In this document: positions 1-9,604 of the stretch, one piece after another | Layout: every line of letters starts with the position of its first letter | Numbering within the stretch: position 1 is the first letter of the stretch | Source: an uncultured archaeon A07HN63 | GTDB taxonomy: Archaea > Halobacteriota > Halobacteria > Halobacteriales > Haloferacaceae | DNA: 38,378 nucleotides | Direction: 5' to 3' | Assembly: GCA_000496215.1 (NCBI GenBank) | Contig: KI543202.1 | Coordinates: 1 to 38,378, forward strand | Position numbers and translations under genes: made by a program | Notes under the pieces: model-generated | Seen by the model: the letters and a program-made list of their open reading frames with translations, nothing else | The model's database searches: none | Told to the model about the DNA's origin: nothing

Positions 1-160
1 CGCGCGTCCTGTATCTTGCAACACCTTCTGTAACCGTATCTATTTCAACATTTACCGCTCCGGATGGTCCACAGTGAATCGGCTGTGAATGGTATGACAC
101 GCTACGGCTCGCTGGATGTCGTAGCACCCGCCGATGTCGCCGGGATCGTCGTAGTCGGAG

Positions 161-168
161 CTTTTAAC
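161..168 (+). promoter_or_regulatory. TATA box of tfe (leaderless-type spacing)
   Basis: CTTTTAAC about 26 nt upstream of ATG 194. Confidence 0.55.
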
Positions 169-193
169 CGAGTTCACCGCCGAAAATGCTGTA

Positions 194-727
194 ATGGCTT
201 TTGAGGAACTACTGAACGATCCGGTTATCCAGAAATACCTCCACGAACTCGTCGGCGCGGAGGGGATGCCGGTTGCCGCCGCCCCGCCGGAGGGTGAAGT
301 GACCGACGAGGAGCTGGCCGAGGAACTCGATCTCGAACTCAACGACGTGCGCCGGGCGCTGTTCATCCTCTACGAGAACGATCTGGCCTCCTACCGCCGC
401 GTCCGCGACGAGGATTCGGGCTGGCTCACGTATCTGTGGACGTTCCACTACGACAACATCCCCGAAAATCTCGAAGCCGAGATGGAGCGCCTCATGGAGG
501 CCATCGAGGAGCGCGAGGAGTACGAGCGCACCCACGAGTTCTACCTCTGTGAGGTCTGTTCGATCCGCTTCGAGTTCGGCGAGGCGATGGATCAGGGCTT
601 CCAGTGTCCCGAGTGTGCCTCCCCGCTCGAATCGATGGACAACGACGAGCTTGTCGGAGCGATGGAGGAGCGACTCGACGCCCTCCGGAACGAACTGAAC
701 ACCGAAATCCACGCGGACGCCGACTGA
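194..727 (+). CDS. tfe: Transcription initiation factor IIE alpha (TFE)
   Basis: wHTH region (TDEELAEEL...VRRALFILYE...GWLTYLW) plus zinc ribbon CEVC...FQCPEC. Confidence 0.95.
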   Translation: MAFEELLNDPVIQKYLHELVGAEGMPVAAAPPEGEVTDEELAEELDLELNDVRRALFILYENDLASYRRVRDEDSGWLTYLWTFHYDNIPENLEAEMERLMEAIEEREEYERTHEFYLCEVCSIRFEFGEAMDQGFQCPECASPLESMDNDELVGAMEERLDALRNELNTEIHADAD

Positions 728-1399
728 ATGGTCGTTCTTGCAACCAAGTGTTACGTCGAGGGCGACGCCCGCGAGCGAGCGCTGAAAAGTCTCGGCTCGC
801 TGCTCGACAACGCGGTCGGCGACCTCCATGTCGAGTGCGAGATCGGCGTCCGGAGCGACGAGTTCGTCACCGTGACCGTCTCCGGCGACGACGCCACCGC
901 CGCCCGCAACGTCCTCCGCGAGCAGTGGGGCGAGATCACCGACCACTTCGAAAGCGGCGAGACCTACACCGGCACGCTCGAATCGTGGGACGACGACGGG
1001 ATCACCCTCGACGCTGGCGAGAAAATCCGAATCCCGAGCGACGAACTCGGGCTCGGACAGGGGACGCCGAGCCAGATCCGCGAGCGGTTCGGCCTCGTCC
1101 AGCATCTCCCGATGCAGTTCGTCTACGGTGATCCCTCGCGGCTCGCCGACGACGAGCGCGACCGGCTCTACGAGTGGCCGCGCGGCCCCGGCCGTGTCAC
1201 CGTCAACAGTGCGACCCGCGGCGAGGTGCGGGCGACGGTCAACCGCGCCGGCCACGCACAGGATATCGTCACCGTCGAACGGCTCGGCCTGCTTGAGCAG
1301 TCGATTATCTGTGGTGAGGGCACGGACCCGCCCGGCCTGCTGGCATCGATTGGCGAATACCTCCCCGCAGAACTGCGGTGTGTGATCGGCGACGAGTAA
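728..1399 (+). CDS. Conserved archaeal protein (DUF2110-like) downstream of tfe
   Basis: 223-aa acidic ORF abutting tfe; MVVLATKCYVEGDARERAL start; usual tfe neighbour. Confidence 0.75.
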   Translation: MVVLATKCYVEGDARERALKSLGSLLDNAVGDLHVECEIGVRSDEFVTVTVSGDDATAARNVLREQWGEITDHFESGETYTGTLESWDDDGITLDAGEKIRIPSDELGLGQGTPSQIRERFGLVQHLPMQFVYGDPSRLADDERDRLYEWPRGPGRVTVNSATRGEVRATVNRAGHAQDIVTVERLGLLEQSIICGEGTDPPGLLASIGEYLPAELRCVIGDE

Positions 1400-1401
1400 G
1401 C

Positions 1402-2154
1402 ATGAACCGACGACTCGGCCTCGCGATCATCGCGGTGCTCGCCCTCGCCGTCACCGGCGGCTGTCTTGGCTACATCACCGGCGGCGGCGAGATCAACGCC
1501 GAGACACTCGACGCGGAGCCGGCCGACCCGTACGACTGGAACACCAGCCGGAACGCGACGCTCACCCTCGATACGGGCTCGGAACTACAGGCCGTCTACA
1601 ACGTCTCGGCTGACCAGCGGCTCCGCCTCTACCAGCCAACAAGCCCCGGACAGGAGGGGCCGCTCGACATCTCGGCCGTGCGGTTCAGATACGCCAACGG
1701 GACCGTCATCAACGGGACCGACCTCGATACACGCGGGACCGTCGACCAGACGCCCGACGAGGTGTTTGTCACGGCCCCCGCCGACGGGAAACTCGCCTTC
1801 ACCGCGGGTGCGACGCCGCGCCGGCTGACGCTGCCCGTCTTCGTCGAGGGCTCCTACGAGGTGATCCTCCCGCCGGACAGCCGGATGGACTTCTTCCTGT
1901 TTAGCAACGCCGTCCCGACAGGTGCGGAGACAACCCTCGTCGACAACCGGGTGCGGGTGACGTGGGACGATGTTGCCACGGGATCGATCATGGTCCAGTA
2001 CTACGAGCGACAGGACCTCACCATCTTCTCGATTGCCGTCGCCGTCCTCGCGGCGATTGCGGTCGGCGGGCTCTACTACTACCGCCGGCAGATCGACCGC
2101 CTACACGAGGTTCGCGTGGAGATGGGCCTCGACGATGACGAGGAGGACCGATGA
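1402..2154 (+). CDS. Exported, membrane-anchored protein (DUF5803-like)
   Basis: MNRR plus hydrophobic stretch and TGGC lipobox-like motif; C-terminal TM helix then YYRRQ; ATG 1402 preferred. Confidence 0.7.
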   Translation: MNRRLGLAIIAVLALAVTGGCLGYITGGGEINAETLDAEPADPYDWNTSRNATLTLDTGSELQAVYNVSADQRLRLYQPTSPGQEGPLDISAVRFRYANGTVINGTDLDTRGTVDQTPDEVFVTAPADGKLAFTAGATPRRLTLPVFVEGSYEVILPPDSRMDFFLFSNAVPTGAETTLVDNRVRVTWDDVATGSIMVQYYERQDLTIFSIAVAVLAAIAVGGLYYYRRQIDRLHEVRVEMGLDDDEEDR

Positions 2155-2852
2155 ACGTCGCGCTGGTCACCGTCGGCGACGAGTTGCTGGCCGGCGAGAC
2201 CGTCAACACGAACGGCGCATGGCTGGCCGAGCAGCTTACCGACCGCGGCTGTCGAATCGAGCGGCTGACGACACTGCCGGATCGCATCGAGGATATCGCC
2301 AAGGTCGTCAACGAGTACCGCGCGGCCTACGACGCCGTCGTCGTCACCGGCGGCCTCGGCCCGACACACGACGACATGACGATGGCAGCCGTCGCCACCG
2401 CTGTCGGCCGCGACCTCGAACACAGCCCCGAGGCGGAGGCGTGGCTCGCAGAGCAGGGCGGCTACAGCGCCGACGAGCTCGACGAGGGGACGACCGATCT
2501 CCCGGCCGGCGCGAGAATGCTCCCCAACGAGGTCGGCGTCGCGCCCGGCGCGGTCGTCGAGTCGATCTACGTCCTGCCGGGCGTTCCTGCCGAAATGAAG
2601 GCCATGTTCGAGCGGGTCGCCGACGAGTTCAGTGGCGAGCCGATCCACACCGCCGTCGTCGTTGCCGACGAACCCGAGAGTCAGCTGCTGGACCGGCTGG
2701 CGGCAGTCCGCGAGCGGTTCGCCGTCGACGTGGGGTGCTATCCGGGCGAGTTCGTCCGCGTCAAATTCAGCGGCGGCGACGCCAACGTCGTCGATGGTGC
2801 CGCGGAGTGGTTCGCCGAGCAGGTGACCGTCGCTGACCGGGAAAAGGAGTAG
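2151..2852 (+). CDS. CinA-like molybdopterin-binding-domain protein
   Basis: VGDELLAGETVNTNG, TGGLGPTHDD and LPGVPAEM motifs; ATGA overlap with previous gene. Confidence 0.9.
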   Translation: MNVALVTVGDELLAGETVNTNGAWLAEQLTDRGCRIERLTTLPDRIEDIAKVVNEYRAAYDAVVVTGGLGPTHDDMTMAAVATAVGRDLEHSPEAEAWLAEQGGYSADELDEGTTDLPAGARMLPNEVGVAPGAVVESIYVLPGVPAEMKAMFERVADEFSGEPIHTAVVVADEPESQLLDRLAAVRERFAVDVGCYPGEFVRVKFSGGDANVVDGAAEWFAEQVTVADREKE

Positions 2853-2875
2853 CGAGCGAGCGACGAGCGCGGCGG

Positions 2876-2983
2876 CTATCGGAAGACGAGGACGAGCCAG
2901 CCAATCGTCAGGACGAGACTGGCGACGAGCACGACGGCGGCCGTCGCGGTGATCGGGAGCGCGGTGGATGCCAGTAGGGTCAT
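2876..2983 (-). CDS. Small (35 aa) single-TM membrane protein
   Basis: MTLLASTALPITATAAVVLVASLVLTIGWLVLVFR; TTAA-type box about 27 nt upstream. Confidence 0.55.
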   Translation of the reverse strand: MTLLASTALPITATAAVVLVASLVLTIGWLVLVFR

Positions 2984-3009
2984 TACTCGCTGGTAGCTTG
3001 CCGACCCTG

Positions 3010-4204
3010 TTAAGTGTTTGAGTTGCCACCGACTGTCCGCGCAGGTAGTCGGGTATACAGCAGTGCCGCGACCGCGGTCAGCACGGCGAGCAACAGGAAC
3101 GCCTCGTCGAACAACTCCGCGTCGGCCATCGCGCCGACGACCGTCGAGCCGGTCGCGCCGAGGATGAAGCTCGCCGTCCGGAGCGTTCCCCACGCAGTTC
3201 CCGTCACAGCTTCAGGGAGCACATCGATGATGTAGGCGTTCGAAACAGCGTTGACGCCGAGTCGCACGCCCAGCAGGAGCGAGGCGGCCGCGACAGCGAT
3301 CTCGCTGTCGAGCACCGGAATCGCCACAAGCACCGGGACGGTCACGCCGGCAGCGACGACCAACACCGGCCGGTCACCGAATCGGTCGGCGAGCCCGCCC
3401 GAGACGGTCTGTGAGACGGCCCCGCCGAGAAACACGAGCGAAAACATCGCCGCGGCGGTCGACTGCGCAAAGCCCGTGACCGAGGTGAGGTAGATGACGT
3501 AGAACGCCGACACCCCCTGAAAGACGAAGATCATTATCGTCACCGCACTGATCGCGAGGGCAACCTGCCGCGTCCGGATCGCCGCGAGCACGTCGTCAAC
3601 GGGGATTTCGTCGGTAGCCGCGTCGCCACCGATCTCGAACGATGGAACAGTCACCCAGATCAGGGCACCGACCGCGACAAGCGGCACCGCCAGCCCACCA
3701 ACGAGGAGTCGCCAGCTATAGCTACTGACCAGCGAGCCGGCTACCAGCGGGAGGACCGCCGAACCGACCGAGCCAGCGGCCAGCGTCGCGCCAATGGCAG
3801 TGCCGTCCTGGTCCGGAAACGCTCGCGAGAGGGCGGTGCCGCGTGCTGGACCATAGAGACCGGTTGCGAGACCGAACCCACCGCAGCCGACGAGAAAGCG
3901 AGAAACGCCGGGGCACCCCCGATGACGACGACGCTCGTCGCGGTGAGGACGACGCTCCCGGCGAGGAGTCGTCGCTCGCCGACACGGTCGACGAGTATCC
4001 CAGCCGGCATCTGCATCAGCCCGTAGGTCGCCCAGATAACCGTGACGGCCACGCCAGCCCCGATATCGCCGACGGTGAAGGCATCCTTCACCTGCGGGAG
4101 CACGGCTGGCACGAGAAACCGACCGCCAAGCACGAACACCCAGCCACCGCAATCGACAGCAGCGTCCAGCCGCGGCCCTCACCACGGAGGTCCCCGAGTG
4201 CCAT
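3010..4204 (-). pseudogene. MFS transporter with two apparent 1-nt deletions (pseudogene or sequencing error)
   Basis: Three frames join into one MFS: MALGDLRGEGRGWTLLSIA / GWVFVLGGRFLVPAVLP...GILVDRVGERR...APAFLA / FLVGCGGFGLATG...GGLADRFGDRP; shifts near 4148 and 3897. Confidence 0.8.
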
Positions 4205-4387
4205 ACCGGCGGTCGGTTACGGCGAAGGGAGTGGGTTCCGATTCGCTACGAGGACGACCGAAGGGAGTCCTCGGTTCACTCGAACGTCGACCAGCGGGAG
4301 CCGTGAGAGCCGCGCGGGCGACCGCAGGGAGCCAACGAGTCACTGCCGGGTCACGGGGCTTTTCACCGCGCCACCCGAGGGTCGAGT

Positions 4388-5479
4388 ATGCGACTCGGCG
4401 TCCTCGTCAACCCGATTGCCGGTATGGGTGGGCGGGTCGGCCTCAAGGGCACCGACGGCAAGATCGAGGAGGCCCGTCAACGCGGTGCCGAACCGCGAGC
4501 ACCGGAGCGGGCCCGGCGACTGTTCGACCGCTTTGCCGACCGCGACGCCGATCTCGACCTGCTGACGGCCGGCGGATCGATGGGAGCCGACGCCGCCTGC
4601 GCGGCGGGGTTTGAGCCGACGGTCGTGTACGACCCTGATGCCGACAGTGACGCCGGGACCGACGACCCTGAGACAGCCGACACAGCAGCGAGCGACACCG
4701 CAGCCGCGGTCGACGCGTTCGTCGAACACGGCGTCGATCTCGTCGCCTTCGTCGGCGGCGACGGCACCGCAGCCGACGTGGCTGACGCGCTGGCCGACAG
4801 CGAGACGCCGTTGCTCGGCGTGCCCGCCGGCGTCAAGGTCTACTCGTCGGTGTTTGCGGTCTCACCGGAGGCAGCTGCCGATGTCGCCGTCGATTTCGAC
4901 CGCACCGAACAGCGCGAGGTCATGGATATCGACGAGGACGACTACCGTGACGGCGACGTTAGCCCCGAACTCCGGGCGGTCGCGGGCGTGCCAGTCGCCG
5001 ACGACCTCCAGTCGGCCAAACAGCGCGGCGGCGGCAGCGTCGACGCGCTGGCGGCGGGCGTCGCAGCTGACATGGACAGCGAGACCACCTACGTGCTCGG
5101 CCCGGGATCGACGCTTGCGGCGATCAAACGCGAACTCGGCTTCGATGGCTCGCCGCTCGGCGTCGATGTGTGGCGCGACGGCGAGGTGCTGGTCAGCGAC
5201 GCCACCGAGTCAGAAATTCTCGACGCGCTCGGCGAGCAGAGCACGATCATCGTCTCGCCGATCGGCGGACAGGGGTTCGTCTTCGGCCGCGGCAACCCAC
5301 AGCTCTCGCCCGCGGTGATCCGCCGGTGCGAGGTGGAGATCGTCGGCTCTCAGTCCAAACTCGACGAGCTCCGGGCCCTGCGAGCCGATACCGACGACCC
5401 AGACCTCGACGCCGACCTCCGCGGCTGGTGGCAGGTTCGCGTCGGCCGCGTCGAAACGCGGCTCATGAAACTCGTGTAG
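4388..5479 (+). CDS. ATP-NAD kinase family protein
   Basis: NPIAGMGGRVGLKGTDG, GGDGT, GVPAGVKVYS and GGQGFVFGRGN motifs. Confidence 0.88.
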   Translation: MRLGVLVNPIAGMGGRVGLKGTDGKIEEARQRGAEPRAPERARRLFDRFADRDADLDLLTAGGSMGADAACAAGFEPTVVYDPDADSDAGTDDPETADTAASDTAAAVDAFVEHGVDLVAFVGGDGTAADVADALADSETPLLGVPAGVKVYSSVFAVSPEAAADVAVDFDRTEQREVMDIDEDDYRDGDVSPELRAVAGVPVADDLQSAKQRGGGSVDALAAGVAADMDSETTYVLGPGSTLAAIKRELGFDGSPLGVDVWRDGEVLVSDATESEILDALGEQSTIIVSPIGGQGFVFGRGNPQLSPAVIRRCEVEIVGSQSKLDELRALRADTDDPDLDADLRGWWQVRVGRVETRLMKLV

Positions 5480-5682
5480 TGGTGGGAGAAGCGCGTGTAG
5501 CGGCGGAGAGAGCGAAACGAATGTCGGGATCACGCGGGTCAGGTTCGCGTTTCGACAGTTTCCGTTCGTGGCACTCTATGGCGTATTAATATTTGTTCAA
5601 TTCAGCACACTCCTTCAATACATAACCACATGTTCACCATTTCATGGGTATAATTTAAGGATGTACGCGTTTGAGGAAGGGT

Positions 5683-6711
5683 ATGGAAACCCGGAAAGTG
5701 CAGCGACTCGGGCCGTCGACACTGGCGATGACGCTGCCCGCGGAGTGGACCAAGGAGAACTACGTCGAGAAGGGCGACGAGGTATCGATCCGGATGGGCG
5801 GCAAGGGCACCCTGACCGTCCTCCCGGAGTCCGCAAACACCGAGGAGAGCGAGGCCATCATCCACGCAGACAACCTCGATGCCGGCGCGGTCGAACGCGC
5901 CATCGTCGCCCAGTACGTCCTCGGACGCAGGGTGATCCACGTCCAGAAGGGCGAAGACGCCCTCGATTCCGAACACATCAACGCCGTCTACACGGCCGAA
6001 ACCCAGCTGATGGGGCTGGGCGTCGTCGAGGAGACACCCGAGCGGATCGCCATCCGCTGTTCGGCCGATCCCGAGGATTTCACGCTCGACAACCTGCTGG
6101 AACGGCTCGAAAGCACCGGCAGCACGATGCGCGGCGAGGCGGTCAAGGCGCTGGCCCACGACAACAGCGACCTCGCCCAGCGCGCGCTCAACCGCGAGCG
6201 ACAGGCCAACAAGATCTTCGTCCTCCTCCTCCGGCTGATTTTCACCGCCTACCAGAACCCCAATCTCTGTCGGGCCGTCGGACTCGACTCCAGTTTCCCG
6301 CTGATCGGCTATCGCTCGGTCGCCAAGAATCTCGAACTCACCGCCGACAACGCCGAGGATATCGCCGAAACCGTCGCCACCGCCGATGACACACCGGATG
6401 TCGATAGCTCGACCATCCGGCGCATCCGGGAGTTCACCGACGACATCGACGAGCTGACATCGATGGCCGTCCGGGCAGTCGTCGAGCGAGATTACGATCT
6501 CACCATCGACTGCCGCCACCTCTTCGGCGAGATCTCCGACCGCGAACAGGAGATCCTCGACGACCTCGAAGAACTGCCGAACGAGGACCTCCTGAAGATC
6601 CGCGAGGTACTCGTCAGCCTCCAGCATACCGCGGAGTACGCCATGCGCAACGCCGAGATCGCCGCGAACCTCTCGCTGAACGCGGAATCCGAGCACGTCG
6701 AAATCAAGTGA
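5683..6711 (+). CDS. Phosphate uptake regulator PhoU family with N-terminal AbrB-like domain
   Basis: METRKVQRLGPSTLAMTLPAEW AbrB-like start; helical PhoU-type repeats; TTTAAG box about 26 nt upstream. Confidence 0.88.
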   Translation: METRKVQRLGPSTLAMTLPAEWTKENYVEKGDEVSIRMGGKGTLTVLPESANTEESEAIIHADNLDAGAVERAIVAQYVLGRRVIHVQKGEDALDSEHINAVYTAETQLMGLGVVEETPERIAIRCSADPEDFTLDNLLERLESTGSTMRGEAVKALAHDNSDLAQRALNRERQANKIFVLLLRLIFTAYQNPNLCRAVGLDSSFPLIGYRSVAKNLELTADNAEDIAETVATADDTPDVDSSTIRRIREFTDDIDELTSMAVRAVVERDYDLTIDCRHLFGEISDREQEILDDLEELPNEDLLKIREVLVSLQHTAEYAMRNAEIAANLSLNAESEHVEIK

Positions 6712-6732
6712 CAGCGGCCGCGATAGCCGGAG

Positions 6733-6754
6733 CCCAGCCCCGGAACAGGCTGGG
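6733..6754. terminator. Short GC hairpin after the PhoU gene
   Basis: CCCAGCC-N8-GGCTGGG about 20 nt after the stop codon. Confidence 0.3.
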
Positions 6755-6793
6755 GTCGAATGAACTAAGTTGCCACCGGCGGAGGCTGCGAGT

Positions 6794-6976
6794 ATGGAAC
6801 ACGGCAGCGACACCGACAAGGGCATCGGCGCGGGGATCGCACTGGGCGCGCTGACGGTTATCGGTGCTGGCGTCATGTTCGCCGGCAGCACACAGCTGTT
6901 CAAGGCCTGGGGGTTCGCCGCGGCGATGCTCGCCGCCTCGCTGGCGGTCGTGGCGGTCCAGATTTACGACGCCTGA
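6794..6976 (+). CDS. Small two-TM membrane protein
   Basis: MEHGSDTDKGIG...AWGFAAAMLAASLAVVAVQIYDA, 60 aa. Confidence 0.75.
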   Translation: MEHGSDTDKGIGAGIALGALTVIGAGVMFAGSTQLFKAWGFAAAMLAASLAVVAVQIYDA

Positions 6977-7057
6977 TAGTGGGTGCTGCAACGGTCCAAC
7001 CGGCGACGTTGGTGGTGGACGTAATCGTTAAGCCTGTTTGTGTGCTACACTGTTTCA

Positions 7058-7282
7058 ATGACCGATTACACCGAGGAGGAACGCCGGATCGTTGCCTACC
7101 TCCGTGACAGCGTCGCGCGAGGTGAACGATACTTCCGGGCGAAAACCATCGCCGACGCCATCGGTCTCTCGTCGAAGCAGGTCGGTGTCCGGCTGCCACA
7201 GCTCGCCGAGAAATCCGACGATGTCGACATCGAGAAGTGGAGTCGGGCCCGGTCGACGACGTGGCGTGTCACCCCCGAGTAG
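7058..7282 (+). CDS. Small winged-helix DNA-binding protein
   Basis: YFRAKTIADAIGLSSKQVGVRL HTH; IEKWSRARSTTWRV wing. Confidence 0.8.
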   Translation: MTDYTEEERRIVAYLRDSVARGERYFRAKTIADAIGLSSKQVGVRLPQLAEKSDDVDIEKWSRARSTTWRVTPE

Positions 7283-7339
7283 GCCGCGCCGACCGCCGGT
7301 TCCGCGCCCTTTTTGAGCCTCCCAGCCCACTATACAGCA

Positions 7340-7768
7340 ATGACTGTCCGTGTCTCGCGGACGTTCGCGTTCGATGTCCCCGGCGACCAGATCTGGTCGT
7401 TTATCGCCGATCCGGAGAAGCGCGCCGGGGCGATTAGCGTCGTCGACTCCTACGACATTCACGACGAGAGCCGGGCGACCTGGCACGTACAGCTCCCGAT
7501 TCCGCTGGTGAACTCGACGGTGACGGTCGAAACCGAGGACGTGTCGCGCGATCCGCCGACGCGCGTGAAGTTCGAGGGCCGCTCGAAGGCACTTCGCGTG
7601 ACGGGCGAGCACACCATCACCGACACCGACGACGGCTGCACGCTCGCCAACGAGTTCGTCGTCGACGGCAAGCTCCCGGGCGTCGAGCGCTTCTTCAAGC
7701 GCAATCTCGACAGCGAACTCGACAATCTGGAGGCCGCTCTTCGCGAGGATATCAGCGGGAGCGAGTAG
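7340..7768 (+). CDS. SRPBCC/CoxG family protein
   Basis: MTVRVSRTFAFDVPGDQIWSFIADPE start and C-terminal amphipathic helix. Confidence 0.8.
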   Translation: MTVRVSRTFAFDVPGDQIWSFIADPEKRAGAISVVDSYDIHDESRATWHVQLPIPLVNSTVTVETEDVSRDPPTRVKFEGRSKALRVTGEHTITDTDDGCTLANEFVVDGKLPGVERFFKRNLDSELDNLEAALREDISGSE

Positions 7769-7772
7769 CCCG

Positions 7773-8600
7773 ATGGAGCTCGCGCTCGTCCAGCTCGATA
7801 TCGAGCCCAGCGCTGTCGAAGCAAACCTCGACCGCGCCAGCGACGCCGTTGCCGACGCCGCGAGCGATGGGGCCGACCTCGTTGCCCTCCCCGAGCAGTT
7901 CGTCGTCGGCTTCTTCGCCTTCGACGATTACCCCGATCACGCCGCCGGGCTCGACGACCCGCTGTTCGACCGGCTGGCCGCGATGGCCGCCGACAACGGG
8001 GTCGGGCTGGTCGCCGGGAGCACCGTCGAGGATCTCGCTGCCAGCGCAGCCGCCGGCTACGACGTGCCGGCCGCCGAGGGGTACGCCAACACGGCCGTCG
8101 TCTTCGACCGTGAGGGCCAGCAGCGCGGCGTCTACCGGAAGCACCACCTCTTCGGCTACGAGTCGGCCGAAAGCGAATTACTGGTACCCGGTGAGACACT
8201 CGGCGTCGTCGACTTCGCGGGCGTCACCGTCGGGGTGACGACCTGTTACGACCTCCGGTTTCCGGCGCTGTACCGCCGGCTCGTCGACCGCGGCGTCGAC
8301 CTCGTCGTTGTCCCGAGCGCGTGGCCGTATCCGCGGATCGAACACTGGGAGACACTCGGCCGTGCGCGAGCCATCGAGAGCCTCTGTTACGTTGCGGCGG
8401 TCAACGGCGTGGGCTCGTTCCCGGCCGCCGAGACGACGCTCTGTGGGCGGTCGGCCGTCTACGATCCGTGGGGAACGCCGCGTGTGCGCGCTGGCGACGA
8501 GCCGGCGACGCTGCACGCCGAGATCGATCCCGACGAGGTCGCGTCGGTTCGGGACTCGTTCCCCGCGCTCGACGACAGACGATCCGACCGCTGGACGTAG
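7773..8600 (+). CDS. Carbon-nitrogen hydrolase (nitrilase family)
   Basis: E-K-C triad motifs LPE, YRKHHLF and CYDLRFP. Confidence 0.92.
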   Translation: MELALVQLDIEPSAVEANLDRASDAVADAASDGADLVALPEQFVVGFFAFDDYPDHAAGLDDPLFDRLAAMAADNGVGLVAGSTVEDLAASAAAGYDVPAAEGYANTAVVFDREGQQRGVYRKHHLFGYESAESELLVPGETLGVVDFAGVTVGVTTCYDLRFPALYRRLVDRGVDLVVVPSAWPYPRIEHWETLGRARAIESLCYVAAVNGVGSFPAAETTLCGRSAVYDPWGTPRVRAGDEPATLHAEIDPDEVASVRDSFPALDDRRSDRWT

Positions 8601-9416
8601 CCTGACGTAGCCGATTGGAAGCCAGCCACATCTAGAGAGAACCGTCCGCGGGACGGTGCCTTTTTATCCGTCACCGCTGTAATTACGATGCCGACGATAT
8701 GACGCTTTTCTCGTCACCGTCGGCGATACACTCGACTCGCCCACACCGCGCCGGCCACGCCGACGCGAGCTACGGTTTCGGGGGCGTCCGTGGTTCGCGT
8801 CTTCCCTCGCCGCCGTATCCGCCGAGGTATATCTCACGAGAGTTCAAATCCGCGTAGCAACACCAAGATTCAGCCGGACATAATAGACATTTGTCGGTTT
8901 GACAAAGTAGTAGTAAAAACTCACAACTTTTCTCGTATCAGCTATAATATTCGCACTATCCGTTCGATACTTATGTGTTGGCGGTAAGAATTATGTAATG
9001 TTAGTTCTGGAGGTGACAGCCAGCGGTGTCGGGTGATGTGGACAGCCGGGGCCGGGCCGTCAGTGCTCGCGCCGCCGGCTATAGCGTGGCCGATTGACCC
9101 TGTCACTGACACTCGTTCGTCGACCAGACGCCGTGCACCCCCACTGGTCACCCAGACGCCATGATGCCGCCGCTTGGGGTCGATGGATGTGCGGCCGCGC
9201 GCCCAACGGACTAACGACCACCACACTCCTGCTGTTCATCGCATCCGGACAGTTACCTTCCACCACGTGCCATCCCTTCTCGCCGGCCATGTTGTGTCGC
9301 AAAGTCAGCTCCCTGTCATCACTCACAGACGAGTCCCAGAGCGTACGTTCACGATGAAGCTGTCTTGCGTGTGTCGTACTGGGGCTTTTTATTCCGAGAG
9401 ATGCTATATTCATGTA

Positions 9417-9587
9417 ATGAAATCGACGCGTAAAGGACTGCGAGCCGATGAACTCCACAAGGACAACTACGAGCGAGTCGCCTGTAGCGAGTGCGACGAG
9501 ACGTTGAAAAAGGACGACGACGACGACGAGGTCTACGCCGTTCGGACCTGCCCGGAGTGCGGCCAGCAATGGAAGGAATTGCCCTGA
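9417..9587 (+). CDS. One-domain C(P)XCG zinc-finger microprotein, HVO_0758-like
   Basis: 56 aa, MKSTRKGLR...CSEC...CPECGQQWKEL; TTTTATT box upstream. Confidence 0.85.
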   Translation: MKSTRKGLRADELHKDNYERVACSECDETLKKDDDDDEVYAVRTCPECGQQWKELP

Positions 9588-9604
9588 ACACGGCCGAACA
9601 GCAG

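Noticed and set aside
3890-4155. Programmed ribosomal frameshifting in the MFS gene
   Set aside because: No slippery heptamer seen, and two successive shifts would be needed; simple indels are more parsimonious.
5602-6903. Long antisense ORFs (e.g. 5602-6903, 19620-21194, 209-1255, 29237-30274, 30431-31468)
   Set aside because: Shadow frames of well-supported genes in GC-rich DNA; no recognisable motifs.
8601-9416. tRNA, SRP RNA or RNase P RNA in the long intergenic region
   Set aside because: No cloverleaf or T-loop context and no RNase P or SRP signature recognised by eye.
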